Assembly (NCBI GenBank): GCA_963813335.1
Contig: CAWEYL010000001.1
Span: forward strand, 768,001-832,000
Direction of reading: 5' to 3'
DNA: 64,000 nucleotides
Origin: an uncultured Chloroflexia bacterium
GTDB lineage: Bacteria > Chloroflexota > Limnocylindria > Limnocylindrales > CSP1-4
Under the pieces are notes generated by a model, which saw only the letters and a list, made by a program, of their open reading frames with translations, was not told where the DNA came from and made no database searches. The translations under genes were made by a program, and so were the position numbers. Shown one piece after another: positions 40,095-50,246 of the stretch. Positions within the stretch are counted from its first letter, which is position 1. Each line of letters opens with the position of its first letter.

Positions 40095-40696
40095 TCAGTC
40101 CCGTGACGAGGCTCCGCAGCGCGGCCTTGACCCGCTCCTCGAGCGTGCTCGCCACGCCGACATCGGCGAGCGCCGTCGCGCGACGCCTCGCGCGCCTCGC
40201 CGAGCGAGTAGCCGAGCGCCTGCAGCGCGGCGACGATCTCGCCTTCGCTCGGCTGCCCCGCCAGCCACCGACGGTCCCTGCGGCGGCCACGCCGGCGGCG
40301 GTCACCTTCTCCTTGAGCTCGAAGATGATCCGCTCGGCCAGCTTCTTGCCGATCCCGGGGATCGCCACGAGCACGGCCTGGTCCTGGGTCATGATCGCGA
40401 GCTGGAGGTCGGCGGTCGGGCGGCTGCCGACGATCGCGAGGGCCACCTTCGGCCCGACGCCGTTGACGGTCAGCAGCAGCGTGAAGAAGCCCAGCTCGTC
40501 GGCGCTGCGGAAGCCGTACAGCGCCTGCTGGTCCTCGCGGACCAGGTGGTAGGTGTGGAGCTTGAGCCGGCCGCCCGGCACGGCCGCAGGCGAGGATCGC
40601 GGGCGACGCGAACACCTGGTAGCCGAGCCCGCCGACCTCGATGACGACCGAATCGAACGCGACCGCGCCGACCGTGCCCTCGACCGACGCGATCAT
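40095..40696 (-). CDS. ruvA: Holliday junction branch migration protein RuvA; frameshifts near 40590, 40260 and 40180
   Basis: MIASVEG, VGGLGY, VREDQQALYGF, VNGVGPK, IPGIGKK, ALQALGY across frames. Confidence 0.93.
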
Positions 40697-40713
40697 CGCG
40701 CGCTCGCGCCGGC

Positions 40714-41329
40714 CTAGGACGCGCTGCGCTTGGCGGCGCGCGCCGCGCCGCGCTCGGCGGCGAGCGCCTCGCGGACGGCCCGGTCGTAGCTCGACTCGCC
40801 GCGGCTGATCGGCGCGACGGCGGCGCGGTCGAGGACCGCGGCACTCGGCGACCACCCCGTCGCGCTCGGCGTTGGCCGCCCAGGTCGCGATCGCGAGCGC
40901 GTCGGCGGCGTCGTCGGGTCGTGGCAGGTCGCTCATCCCGAGGACCAGCTGGACCATCCGCGCGACCTGCGCCTTGTCGGCGGCGCCGTAGCCGGTCACC
41001 GCGACCTTGACCTCGCTCGGGGTCGCCTCGCGGACGGCGGTCCCGTGCTGCGCGGCGGCGAGCAGGACGACGCCGCGGGCCTGGCCGACCGCGAAGGCCG
41101 TCTGCGCGTTGCGCGAGAAGAAGAGGCGCTCCACGGCGACGAGATCCGGCTGGTGCAGCCCGATCAGCTCGTCGACGAGGGCATGGATCCGCAGGAGCCG
41201 CTCGGGCATCGAGAGGTCCGGGCTCGTGACCAGGCACCCGTGGTCGACCTCGCGCAAGCGCCCGGCGGACCGCTCGACGATCCCGTACCCCAGCGCGGCG
41301 GTCCCCGGGTCGATCCCGAGGACGATCAC
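40714..41329 (-). CDS. ruvC: crossover junction endodeoxyribonuclease RuvC; frameshift near 40850 in the C-terminal tail
   Basis: LGIDPG, AVERLFF, GQARG, VTGYG.ADK.QV, DDAADALA. Confidence 0.95.
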
Positions 41330-42078
41330 CCGGCGACCTCGGCGAAGACGTCCTCGGGGATGTCGAAGTTGGCGGTGACCCGCGAGACGTCGTCGAGGTC
41401 CTCGAGCAGCTCCACGAGCCGCAGGGCCTGGCGCGCCTTGGACGAATCGAGCTCGACGGTCTGCTTGGCGATCATCGTCGACTCGGCCGACTCGACCGGC
41501 ACGCCCGCGCCCTCGAGCGCCTGGCGCACGGCCTGCAGCTCGGCGGGGGCGGTGTAGATCTCGATCGACTCCTCGTCGTCGGTGTCGACGTCCTCCGCGC
41601 CCGCGTCGATCGCCGCGAGGGCGACCTCGTCGGGGTCCTGGCCGGCCTTCGTGACGGAGATCAGGCCACGCGGCTCGAACTGCCAGGCGACCGCGCCGCT
41701 GCCGGCCAGCTGGCCGCCGGACTTGGTGAACATCGAGCGGACCTCGGCCGCGGTCCGGTTGCGATTGTCGGTCTGCGCCTCGACGAGGACCGCGACGCCG
41801 CCGGGGCCGTAGCCCTCGTAGACGATCTCCTCGTACTGGTCGGCCTCACCGGCGCCGGTGGCCTTGTCGATCGTGCGCTTGATGTTGTCGGCGGGCATGT
41901 TGACCGAGCGCGCCTTCTCGATCGCGAGGCGGAGCCGGTAGTTGGCGTCCGGGTCCCCGCCACCCTGCCGGGCGGCGACGCTGATCTCGCGCGCGACCTT
42001 GGTGAACAGGGCGCCGCGCTTGGCATCGGTGATGCCTTTCGCGCGCTTGATCGTGGACCACTTGGAGTGACCTGACAT
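41326..42078 (-). CDS. yebC: YebC/PmpR family protein
   Basis: MSGHSKWSTIK, YEGYGPGG, TDNRNRT, LEDLDDV. Confidence 0.97.
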   Translation of the reverse strand: MSGHSKWSTIKRAKGITDAKRGALFTKVAREISVAARQGGGDPDANYRLRLAIEKARSVNMPADNIKRTIDKATGAGEADQYEEIVYEGYGPGGVAVLVEAQTDNRNRTAAEVRSMFTKSGGQLAGSGAVAWQFEPRGLISVTKAGQDPDEVALAAIDAGAEDVDTDDEESIEIYTAPAELQAVRQALEGAGVPVESAESTMIAKQTVELDSSKARQALRLVELLEDLDDVSRVTANFDIPEDVFAEVAG

Positions 42079-42176
42079 CGCGGGCCGGAGTATAACCGCA
42101 CTATGATGGCGAGAGCCCCTCGGCCCGAGTCACGACCTCCGACTACCCATGCCGACCAGGAGGACCGTCGATCCCG

Positions 42177-44270
42177 ATGACGATGAAGAGCGTCGATCTG
42201 CCCCACCTTCGCAGCGTCGTCCTGGCGGGCCACGTCGGCTCCGGCAAGACGACGCTCGCCGAACAGCTGCTGTTCAACGCCGGGGCGATCCCCAGGCTCG
42301 GCCGGGTCGATGACGGCACGGCCCACCTCGACTTCGAGCCCGAGGAGCAGAAGCGGCGCGAGTCGCTGAGCCTCGCGGTCGGCACCTTCGAGGCCGACGG
42401 GACGCGCATCTCGCTGGTCGACACGCCCGGCTACCCGGACTTCGTCGCCGACGTCATCGAAGGGTTCGCGGCGGCGGACGGCGCCATCTTCGTGATCGAT
42501 GCCTCGGGCGGGGTCGAGGCGGGCCTCGAGCAGGCCGTCGCGCTGGGCCGCTCGACGGGCCGGGCCGCCTGCTTCTTCATCAACAAGAGCGACCGCGAGA
42601 ACGCCGACCCGACCGCCGCGCTCGACGCCCTGCGCTCGTCGTTCGGCGACAAGATCGCGCCGCTGCAGCTGGCGATCGGCGCCGCGGAGTCGTTCAGCGG
42701 CTACGTCGACCTCGTCCACCGCAAGGCGTACCAGTGGGACGGCTCGAAGGAGGTCGAGATCCCCATCCCGGACGCGATGACCGCCGAGGTCGCCCGCCGC
42801 CGGGACCAGCTCCTGGAGGCGGCCGCCGAGGCCGACGACGACGTGCTGACCAAGTACCTCGAGGGCGAGGAGATCGCCGACCACGAGCTCGAGGTCTGCC
42901 TGCGCAAGGGCGTCAAGGACAGCATCCTCGCGCCGGTCCTGGTGGGCAGCGCGGTCAAGGGCATCGGGCTGCGCGGGCTGCTCGACGCGATCGTCCGCTA
43001 CCTCCCCTCCCCGGCCGACGAGGCGCCGGTCAAGGCCGCCGACAAGGCGGGCTCGACCGTGGAGGTCGCCGCCGACGAGGCCGGCCCGCTGCTCGTCCGC
43101 GTGTTCAAGACCACCGCGGACCCGTTCGTCGGGCGGCTGACCTACCTGCGCGTGCTCTCCGGCACGCTCCACTCGCAGGCCCACGTCTGGAACGCGACGC
43201 ACGGCGAGGACGAGCGCATCGGCCAGCTGCTGCTGCTCCACGGCAAGGAGCAGGAGCCCATCGGCGAGCTGAAGGCGGGCGAGATCGGGGCAGTGGCGAA
43301 GCTCACGGTGACCGAGACCGGCGATGTGCTCGGGGCGAAGGAGCGGCCCCTGACGCTGTCGCCGCTCGAGTTCCCCTCGCCGTCGCTGGTCGTGGCCATC
43401 GAGCCGCAGTCCAAGGGCGACCTCGACAAGATGGGCCCGGCGCTGCAGCGCATGCTCGAGGAGGAGCCGACCGTGCGCCTCGAGCGGACCGCGCTCGGCG
43501 AGCAGGTCCTGCGGACCATGGGCGAGGCCCACATCTCGGTCATCACCGAGCGCCTGAAGCGCAAGTTCGGGGCGGCCATCATCACCCACACGCCGAAGGT
43601 CCCGTACAAGGAGACGATCCGCGGCAAGACCCAGGTCCACGGCCGCTACAAGAAGCAGACCGGCGGCCACGGCATGTTCGGGGACGTCTGGCTGGAGCTC
43701 GAGCCCAACCCGGACGGCGGCGTCGAGTTCGCCGAGCGCGTGGTCGGCGGCTCCGTGCCCAAGGGCTTCTTCGCGGGCGTCGAGAAGGGCATCCGCGAGG
43801 CCGCGGCCGAGGGCGTCGTGGCCGGCTATCCGCTGTCGGACTTCCGGGCGACGCTCTACGACGGCTCGTTCCACCCGGTCGACTCGAACGAGCTGTCGTT
43901 CAAGATCGCCGCGTCGATGGCGCTCAAGGACGGCGTCCACCAGGCGAAGCCGGCCCTGCTCGAGCCGATCATGACCGTCCAGATCCGCGTGCCCGAGGCG
44001 TACATGGGCGAGGTCAACCGCGACCTCAACGGCCGGCGCGGCCGGGTCCTCGGCATGGACACCGAGGGCGGGATGCAGATCGTCACCGCGCACGTGCCCG
44101 AGGCCGAGCTCTTCAACTACGCGACCGAGCTGCGCTCGCTGACCCATGGCCGCGGCACGTTCAGCGCCACGCTCGACCACTACGACGACGTGCCCTCGCA
44201 CATCGCCGACAAGGTGATCGAGTCGCATCGCAAGGAGCTCGAGGCGAGCGGCGGCCACGGCGGGCACTGA
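42177..44270 (+). CDS. fusA: elongation factor G paralogue (EF-G2-like), outside the str operon
   Basis: GHVGSGKTT, DTPGYPDF, NKSD, MGEAHI, KKQTGGHG, DGSFHPVDS; switch I RRESL instead of RGITI. Confidence 0.9.
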   Translation: MTMKSVDLPHLRSVVLAGHVGSGKTTLAEQLLFNAGAIPRLGRVDDGTAHLDFEPEEQKRRESLSLAVGTFEADGTRISLVDTPGYPDFVADVIEGFAAADGAIFVIDASGGVEAGLEQAVALGRSTGRAACFFINKSDRENADPTAALDALRSSFGDKIAPLQLAIGAAESFSGYVDLVHRKAYQWDGSKEVEIPIPDAMTAEVARRRDQLLEAAAEADDDVLTKYLEGEEIADHELEVCLRKGVKDSILAPVLVGSAVKGIGLRGLLDAIVRYLPSPADEAPVKAADKAGSTVEVAADEAGPLLVRVFKTTADPFVGRLTYLRVLSGTLHSQAHVWNATHGEDERIGQLLLLHGKEQEPIGELKAGEIGAVAKLTVTETGDVLGAKERPLTLSPLEFPSPSLVVAIEPQSKGDLDKMGPALQRMLEEEPTVRLERTALGEQVLRTMGEAHISVITERLKRKFGAAIITHTPKVPYKETIRGKTQVHGRYKKQTGGHGMFGDVWLELEPNPDGGVEFAERVVGGSVPKGFFAGVEKGIREAAAEGVVAGYPLSDFRATLYDGSFHPVDSNELSFKIAASMALKDGVHQAKPALLEPIMTVQIRVPEAYMGEVNRDLNGRRGRVLGMDTEGGMQIVTAHVPEAELFNYATELRSLTHGRGTFSATLDHYDDVPSHIADKVIESHRKELEASGGHGGH

Positions 44271-44298
44271 CGACCCGGCCAGCGACGAGGGGGCGGAC

Positions 44299-46853
44299 AT
44301 CACCGACGGCGCAGCGCAGGAGCTCGCCGCCCCGGACCCCGCGCTGATCGAGACGGCCGCGCCTCCCGGCGCCGCGCCGCCCGACGTCGTGCCCCGCGAG
44401 CTGGTGCCCGCGCCGGCACCGGGTGCGCGGCGGCTGCGGGTCGTCCTGTCGCTGGTCGCCCTGCTCGCGATCGCGGTCGTCCTGCTCGCGGTGCGGACCC
44501 GCGTCGCCCTGGCGCGCGACCTGGATCCCGACCTCGTCACGGTCCCCCAGGTCACCGAGCTGGAGCAGGTCGCCGGGCTGGTCCGCATCGGGCTGCTGGT
44601 CTCGATCGTGGCGGGGTTCTGGCTGTGGCGCCGCTGGAGCCGCGCCGTCCGGGCGAACCTCACCGCGCTCGCGGCTTCGGGGTCGTGGACGCCGACGGCG
44701 GCGACCCGCTGTACGCGCCGGCGGGCAGCGACGAGACGAGCGCGACGTGGTTCCATGCCCGGGTCGGCTCCGGCCGGCGCCTGGCGCGCGCGGTGGCCGT
44801 GCTGTCGGCGATCGCCCTCGTCGTCCTGGTCCCCGGGCTGCTCGCCTGGGCCCTCGCGGGCTCGCTCGCCGTCGTGCGGGTCGCCACGGTCGTGGCGACC
44901 CTCGGAGGCGTGCTGACCGTCGCGGCGGCGGGACTGGCACTCGGCCTCGTGGACGACGTCGAGCAGCGCGAGGCCGTTGCGATCGGCGCGGTCGCGCGGG
45001 TCGCCGTCGCCGGCTCCCCGCCGTCGATCCCGTGGGGCCGCCCGGTCATCGCGGTCCTCGCCACGGTGGCATTGGCCGTCTCGATCGGGTCCACGCCGGC
45101 CGCCGACGATGAGCGGAGCTGCCCGCTGGCCGACGCGACCTGTCACGTGCTGACCGTGCAGCGCGACCAGGTCGCCGCGGATCCGCGCGGGGCGACGCTG
45201 GACATCACCTATGCGGTCTCGCCGGCGACCGGCGACCGGCTCGGCACCCTGCTCTTCATCACCGGCGGACCGGGCGAGAGCGGGCTGCTCGACGCCAACT
45301 GGTTCGTCGACGGCCTGCCGGACGCGGTGCGCCAGCGGTTCGACGTCCTCGCGTTCGACCCGCGTGGCACCGGCCGCTCCGAGCCGCGTGAGTGCCCGGC
45401 CAACCTGGCCCGCCTCGACGCCGGGGGCGATGCCAGCACGACCGACGTCTCGGCCGACTTCGCCCACGGCTGCGCCGTCGAGGCGGGCGTCGATCCGGCC
45501 TGGCTCTCGACCTACGGCTCGGAGCACATCGCCGGCGACATCGAGGCGATCCGGGCGACGCTCGGCATCGACAAGCTGGCGGTCTACGGCGTCAGCTACG
45601 GGACGGTCATCGGGCAGCGCTACGCGAGCGCGTACCCCGACCGCGTCAGCGCCCTGATCCTCGATGGCCCGGTCGACCCCGCGCACGGCTCGCAGGCCGA
45701 CTGGGTGGAGGCGGACATCGCGTTCGAGCACACGCTGACCCAGGTCCTCGACGCGTGCCGCGCCGACGCGCGGTGCTCGACGGACCTGCCCGACCCGCAG
45801 GCGGGGCTCGACACGATGCTCGCGCATGCCGACCAGGGCGGCATCAAGACCGCCTTCGCGGACGCCACGGGGCACGTCCAGGAGGTCACCCTGGACCGCA
45901 ACTCGATCGTCAACGCGATCAGCGACGCGCTGTACGACCCGACCGGACGGGCCCTGTTCCTGCACGCGCTGGCGTCCGACGCGGTGGGCGACGAGATCCC
46001 GCTCGGCCGCCTCGCCGCGCCGGCGGGCTATGCCGGCGCCGAGACGTCGTCATCGCAGTTCGCCTACTACGCAACGTTGTGTGCCGACTTCGCGGGGGAC
46101 ACGGCGGCGGACGCCGCGGGGTATGTCGCGGCCGGGCGGGCGGCGGGCGCGCTGGCTGGCACGCTCCGGTCCGTGTACTACTCCGGCTTGCCCTGCGTGG
46201 AGTGGGGCGGGCGGACCCGCGGGCGGCCGACGCCCACCCCGCTCACGACGACCCCGTTCCCGGTGCTGGTGCTGAGCGGGGGCGCCGACCCGATCACGCC
46301 CCCGGGCCAGGCCGCCAGGATCGCCGCGCGGCTTTCGGACGGCTACCTGTTCACGACGCGCGGCGGCGGCCACGGCTCGTTCGGCAACGGCGCGCCGTGT
46401 CCGGACGACGCGGTCGCGGCGCTGCTGGTCCGGGACGAGCGGCCGAGGACCCGGTCGATCACCTGCGACGGGGACCTGACGAACCCGTACGTAGCACCGT
46501 TGCCGGCCTTCGCCGGCCTGGCCCCGATCGAGATCGCGCGGGCGATCGACGACGAGCTCTGGACGGACCCCGACCTCGTCTATCCGCCGCCGAACTCGAG
46601 CGAGAACAACATCGGCTGCCGGGCCGGTGGTCACATCGAGGTCAAGGACGAGGACGACGGCCTGCGGCTAACCTTCCGCGACTGCCAGATCTTCGCGGAG
46701 GAGCCGATCAACGGGACGGCCCGCTACGCGGATGCGGGCAGCGCCACCTTCGAGCTGCGCCTGCCGGACGGCCCCCTGTCGTACTCGTTCGACGACCGCG
46801 GCCGCGAGACGATCAACGGCCGCGACGCCGGCGGGCTGCCACCGAAGGACTGA
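44299..46853 (+). CDS. membrane-anchored alpha/beta hydrolase (TAP-like) with a multi-TM N-terminal region; frameshift near 44670; start uncertain
   Basis: GGPGESG, FDPRGTG, nucleophile GVSYG, ADPITP, GGHG; TM helices in two frames upstream. Confidence 0.8.
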
Positions 46854-46908
46854 CGCGGCGGGAGAGGGCGGCAGCTCGGGGGTCGACCGGCCCGCCCTGG
46901 GTGGCGGG

Positions 46909-47658
46909 TCAGCCCGGCCGAGCCTCGGCGAGCGCCTCCGACGCCCCGAGGGTCCCGTCGTACAAGGCGCGGCCGACGATCGCGCCCCGGCAGCCGACCT
47001 CACGGACCGCCCGCAGGTCCGCGGCGCTCGCGATGCCGGCCGACGCGATCACGTCGCCGACCCCGAGGCCGACCATCTCCCGGTAGAGCGCGAGGTCCGG
47101 CCCGCGCAGCAGCCCGTCCTGCTCGATCGCGGTGACCTCGAAGGCGGTCACCCCGGCAGCGGCGAGCGTCCGCACGGCGTCGGCGGCATCGATCCCCGCG
47201 TCGGCGGCAGCCCACCCGTGGCCGACCGCACGGCCGTCGCGGACGTCGATGGCGACGGCGATGCGGGCTGCTCCCAGGGTCGACACGAGGCGGCCGGCGA
47301 AGTCGGGGTCGCGGAGGGCGGCGGTCCCGATGACGGCGCGCGCCGCGCCCATCGCGAGGACGGCCTCGACCGATGCGGCATCGCGCAGGCCGCCGGCGAC
47401 CTCGACGGCGGTCCGCTCCCCCACGGCCGCGACGATCGCGGCGATCACCTCCGCGTGGGCCGGCGTCCCGGAGCGAGCCCCGTCGAGGTCCACGACGTGG
47501 AGCCAGGTGGTGCCCGCATCGGCGAACCGCCGCGCGACCGCGACCGGGTCGTCGTCGTAAGCGGTCTCCTGAGCGAAGTCGCCCTGCCGCAACCGGACGA
47601 CGCGACCGCCGCGCAGGTCGATCGCCGGCAGGACGTCGAAGCCGCTTGTCATCGTCAC
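46909..47658 (-). CDS. hisA: ProFAR isomerase HisA
   Basis: PAIDLRGGRVVRLRQG, HVVDLDGA, GGLR, DGLLRGPD, IVGRALY. Confidence 0.95.
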   Translation of the reverse strand: MTMTSGFDVLPAIDLRGGRVVRLRQGDFAQETAYDDDPVAVARRFADAGTTWLHVVDLDGARSGTPAHAEVIAAIVAAVGERTAVEVAGGLRDAASVEAVLAMGAARAVIGTAALRDPDFAGRLVSTLGAARIAVAIDVRDGRAVGHGWAAADAGIDAADAVRTLAAAGVTAFEVTAIEQDGLLRGPDLALYREMVGLGVGDVIASAGIASAADLRAVREVGCRGAIVGRALYDGTLGASEALAEARPG

Positions 47659-47668
47659 GGCACCATGA

Positions 47669-47700
47669 TAGCGTATTAGCACGCTACTACGTTAGCACGG
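47669..47700. promoter_or_regulatory. candidate TrpR-family operator between divergent hisA and the regulator-led his operon
   Basis: 8-bp periodic units TAGCGTAT TAGCACGC TACTACGT TAGCACGG; inverted TAGCGT/ACGCTA; overlaps both -10 regions. Confidence 0.6.
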
Positions 47701-47720
47701 CAACATGAGGCAACCGAACG

Positions 47721-48053
47721 ATGGCGGACGACTGGCGGACCCAGGACGTCGAAGCGATGTTCACGGCGATCCTGACCCTCGAATCGCGCGACGAGGCGGA
47801 ACGATTCTTCCGCGACCTCTGCACGCTCAACGAGCTCCGCGACATGGCCCAGCGGTGGGCCGTCGTCCGCCTGCTCGACAGCGGGATGCACTACGCGGAG
47901 ATCTCCCGTCAGACCGGGGCCAGCACGGCCACGATCACCCGTATCGCATCGTGGCTCAACCACGGCGAGGGCGGCTATCGCGCGATGCTCGACGCGCTGG
48001 CAGCCCGATCCAGGGCCGGCACCATCCCCTACCCCGCGGGCGGCGAGCGGTGA
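47721..48053 (+). CDS. YerC/YecD family TrpR-related regulator (HisR-like)
   Basis: FFRDLCT..E...AQRW, GASTATITR, GEGGY; first gene of the his operon. Confidence 0.9.
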   Translation: MADDWRTQDVEAMFTAILTLESRDEAERFFRDLCTLNELRDMAQRWAVVRLLDSGMHYAEISRQTGASTATITRIASWLNHGEGGYRAMLDALAARSRAGTIPYPAGGER

Positions 48054-48910
48054 GGGAGCGCCTCCGCCTGGCCATCCCGAACAAGGGGCGGATGGTGGAG
48101 CCGACCCTCAAGCTGCTGCACGACGCAGGCCTGGTCTTCGACGAGCACGATCGGAGCCTGGTCGCGCGGGTCCAGAACTACCCGCTCGACGTCCTGTTCG
48201 TCCGGACGAACGACATCATCGAGTTCGTCGGCGACGGCGTAGCCGACCTCGGGATCACGGGCATCGACCTCCTGAGCGAGACCGGCGCCGAGCTGCCGCG
48301 GGTCCGGGAGCTCGGCTACGGCCGCTGCCGGCTGGCCGCCGCGGTCCCCAACGACGCGCCGCAGCAGACCGTCGAGGACCTGGCCGGCCTGCGCGTCGCC
48401 ACCGCCCACCCGAACACGGCGCGCCGCTTCTTCGAGGAGCGCCGGATCCCCGTCGACGTCATCCCCATCTCGGGTGCCGTCGAGGTGGCCCCCCGGCTCG
48501 GCCTCGCCGAGGGCATCGTCGACCTGGTCTCGACGGGATCGACGCTCGTGATGAACGGGCTGCGCCAGATCGGCGACGTCCTCGCATCGGAAGCGGTCCT
48601 GGTCGCCAACCCGAACGCCGACCGCGAGCGCGCGACCGAGCTCGCCGCCATCGACACCATGCTGACCGCGGTCATCGCGGCCCGCGAGCGCAAGTACCTG
48701 ATGATGAACGCCCCGTCGGCCAAGCTGCCCGAGCTCGAAGGGCTGCTGCCGGCGCTCGAATCGCCGACGATCATCCCCCTCGCCCACACCGGGATGATCG
48801 CGATCCACTCGGTCGTCGGCGCGGACGAGGTGTGGGGACTGCTGCCACGTCTCAAGGCGGCCGGCGCGTCCGGGATCCTCGTGCTCCCGATCGAGAAGAT
48901 CGTCCCATGA
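48050..48910 (+). CDS. hisG: ATP phosphoribosyltransferase (long form)
   Basis: AIPNKGR, DLGITG, GAVEVAP, DLVSTGSTL, C-terminal regulatory domain. Confidence 0.96.
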   Translation: MRERLRLAIPNKGRMVEPTLKLLHDAGLVFDEHDRSLVARVQNYPLDVLFVRTNDIIEFVGDGVADLGITGIDLLSETGAELPRVRELGYGRCRLAAAVPNDAPQQTVEDLAGLRVATAHPNTARRFFEERRIPVDVIPISGAVEVAPRLGLAEGIVDLVSTGSTLVMNGLRQIGDVLASEAVLVANPNADRERATELAAIDTMLTAVIAARERKYLMMNAPSAKLPELEGLLPALESPTIIPLAHTGMIAIHSVVGADEVWGLLPRLKAAGASGILVLPIEKIVP

Positions 48911-50246
48911 GCACCGTCGCCCTCCGCCTCGAGCGCCTCGATCTCGCGGACGTCCTGCGCGGCGACCCGGACGCGATCGCGGCTCGGACCGCCTTGACCC
49001 GTCGCGGCGCGGCACCTGACGCCACCATCCGCGACGCCGCCCGGGCGACCCTGGCCGATGTCCGCCAGCGGGGCGACGACGCGGTCCGCGAGGCGAACGA
49101 GCGCGTCGGTGGCGGCCGGCCCGACGGCCTGCTCGTCCTCGACCGCGATGATCTCCGCGCTGCCCGCGACGCCCTGACGCCCCGGATCCGCCGCGCGCTC
49201 GACCAGGCGATCGCGAATGTCCGCCGCTTCGCCGAGACCCAGCGCCCGGCGTCGACACGCACGACCATCCTGCCCGGCATCGAGATCGAGCGGCGCTGGA
49301 CCCCGCTCGCCTCGGTCGGCGCCTACGTCCCCGGCGGGTCCGCCCCGTACCCGTCGTCGCTGGTGATGACCGTCGTCCCGGCGCGCGTCGCCGGCGTCGA
49401 GCGGATCGTCGTCGCCTCCCCGGCCGATCGGGACGGCGCCACCCATCCGGTCCTGCTCGGTGCGGCCGGCCTGCTCGAGGTCGACGCCCTCGTGGTCGCC
49501 GGCGGCGCCCAGGCCATCGGCGCGCTTGCCTACGGCCTGCCCGACAGCCGCGTCTCGCCGGTCGACCGGATCGTCGGCCCGGCAACGCCTGGGTCACGGC
49601 CGCCAAGATCGAGGTCTGCGGCGACGTCGGGATCGACCTGCCCGCAGGCCCGTCCGAGGGGACGGTCCTCGCCGCGCCGCCCGCCGACCCGCGCCGCGTG
49701 GCCGCGGACCTGATCACGCAGGCCGAGCACGGCCCCGACTCCCCGGCGATCCTGGTCACCACCGACGCGGCCTTCGCCGACGCGGTCGAAGCGGCCGTCG
49801 GAACCCTTCTCGCGGCGGCCTCCCGCCGCGACATCCTCGAGCGGGCGCTGCGCGACCACGGTCGGATCGTGCTCGCGCCGACCATCGATGCCGCCATCGA
49901 CTTCATCAACGACTACGCCCCGGAGCACCTCTCGGTCGATGTCGAGCCACTCGAGCCGACCGTCGCCCGGCTGCGCAACGCGGGCTCGCTGTTCGTGGGG
50001 CCGTGGGCTCCCGAATCGGCGGGCGACTACGCCACCGGCGCCAACCACGTCCTGCCGACCGGCGGGCTCGCGCGGGGCGCCGGGGGGCTGGCCGTCGAGG
50101 CGTACGGGAAGTTCGTGCAGGTCCAGCGCGTCGATCGCGAGGGCCTCGCCGCGATCCGCGAGACCGTCACGGCGCTCGCCGAGGCAGAGGGCCTGCTGGC
50201 GCACCGCGACGCCGTCGAGATCCGCTTCGAGGGGACCGACCGATGA
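48907..50246 (+). CDS. hisD: histidinol dehydrogenase; frameshift near 49580
   Basis: GAYVPGG, GGAQAI, IVGP, QAEHG, APEHL, GDYATGANHVLPT. Confidence 0.95.

Noticed and set aside
41661-45965. 1434-aa minus-strand ORF and other long Arg/Ala/Pro-rich ORFs (e.g. 57961-60891, 49460-52012, 29650-32052 at full length)
   Set aside because: Antisense or alternative-frame shadows of real genes, expected at this GC content; apparent hisC-hisB and hisH-hisF fusions arise from frameshifts and overlapping start/stop codons
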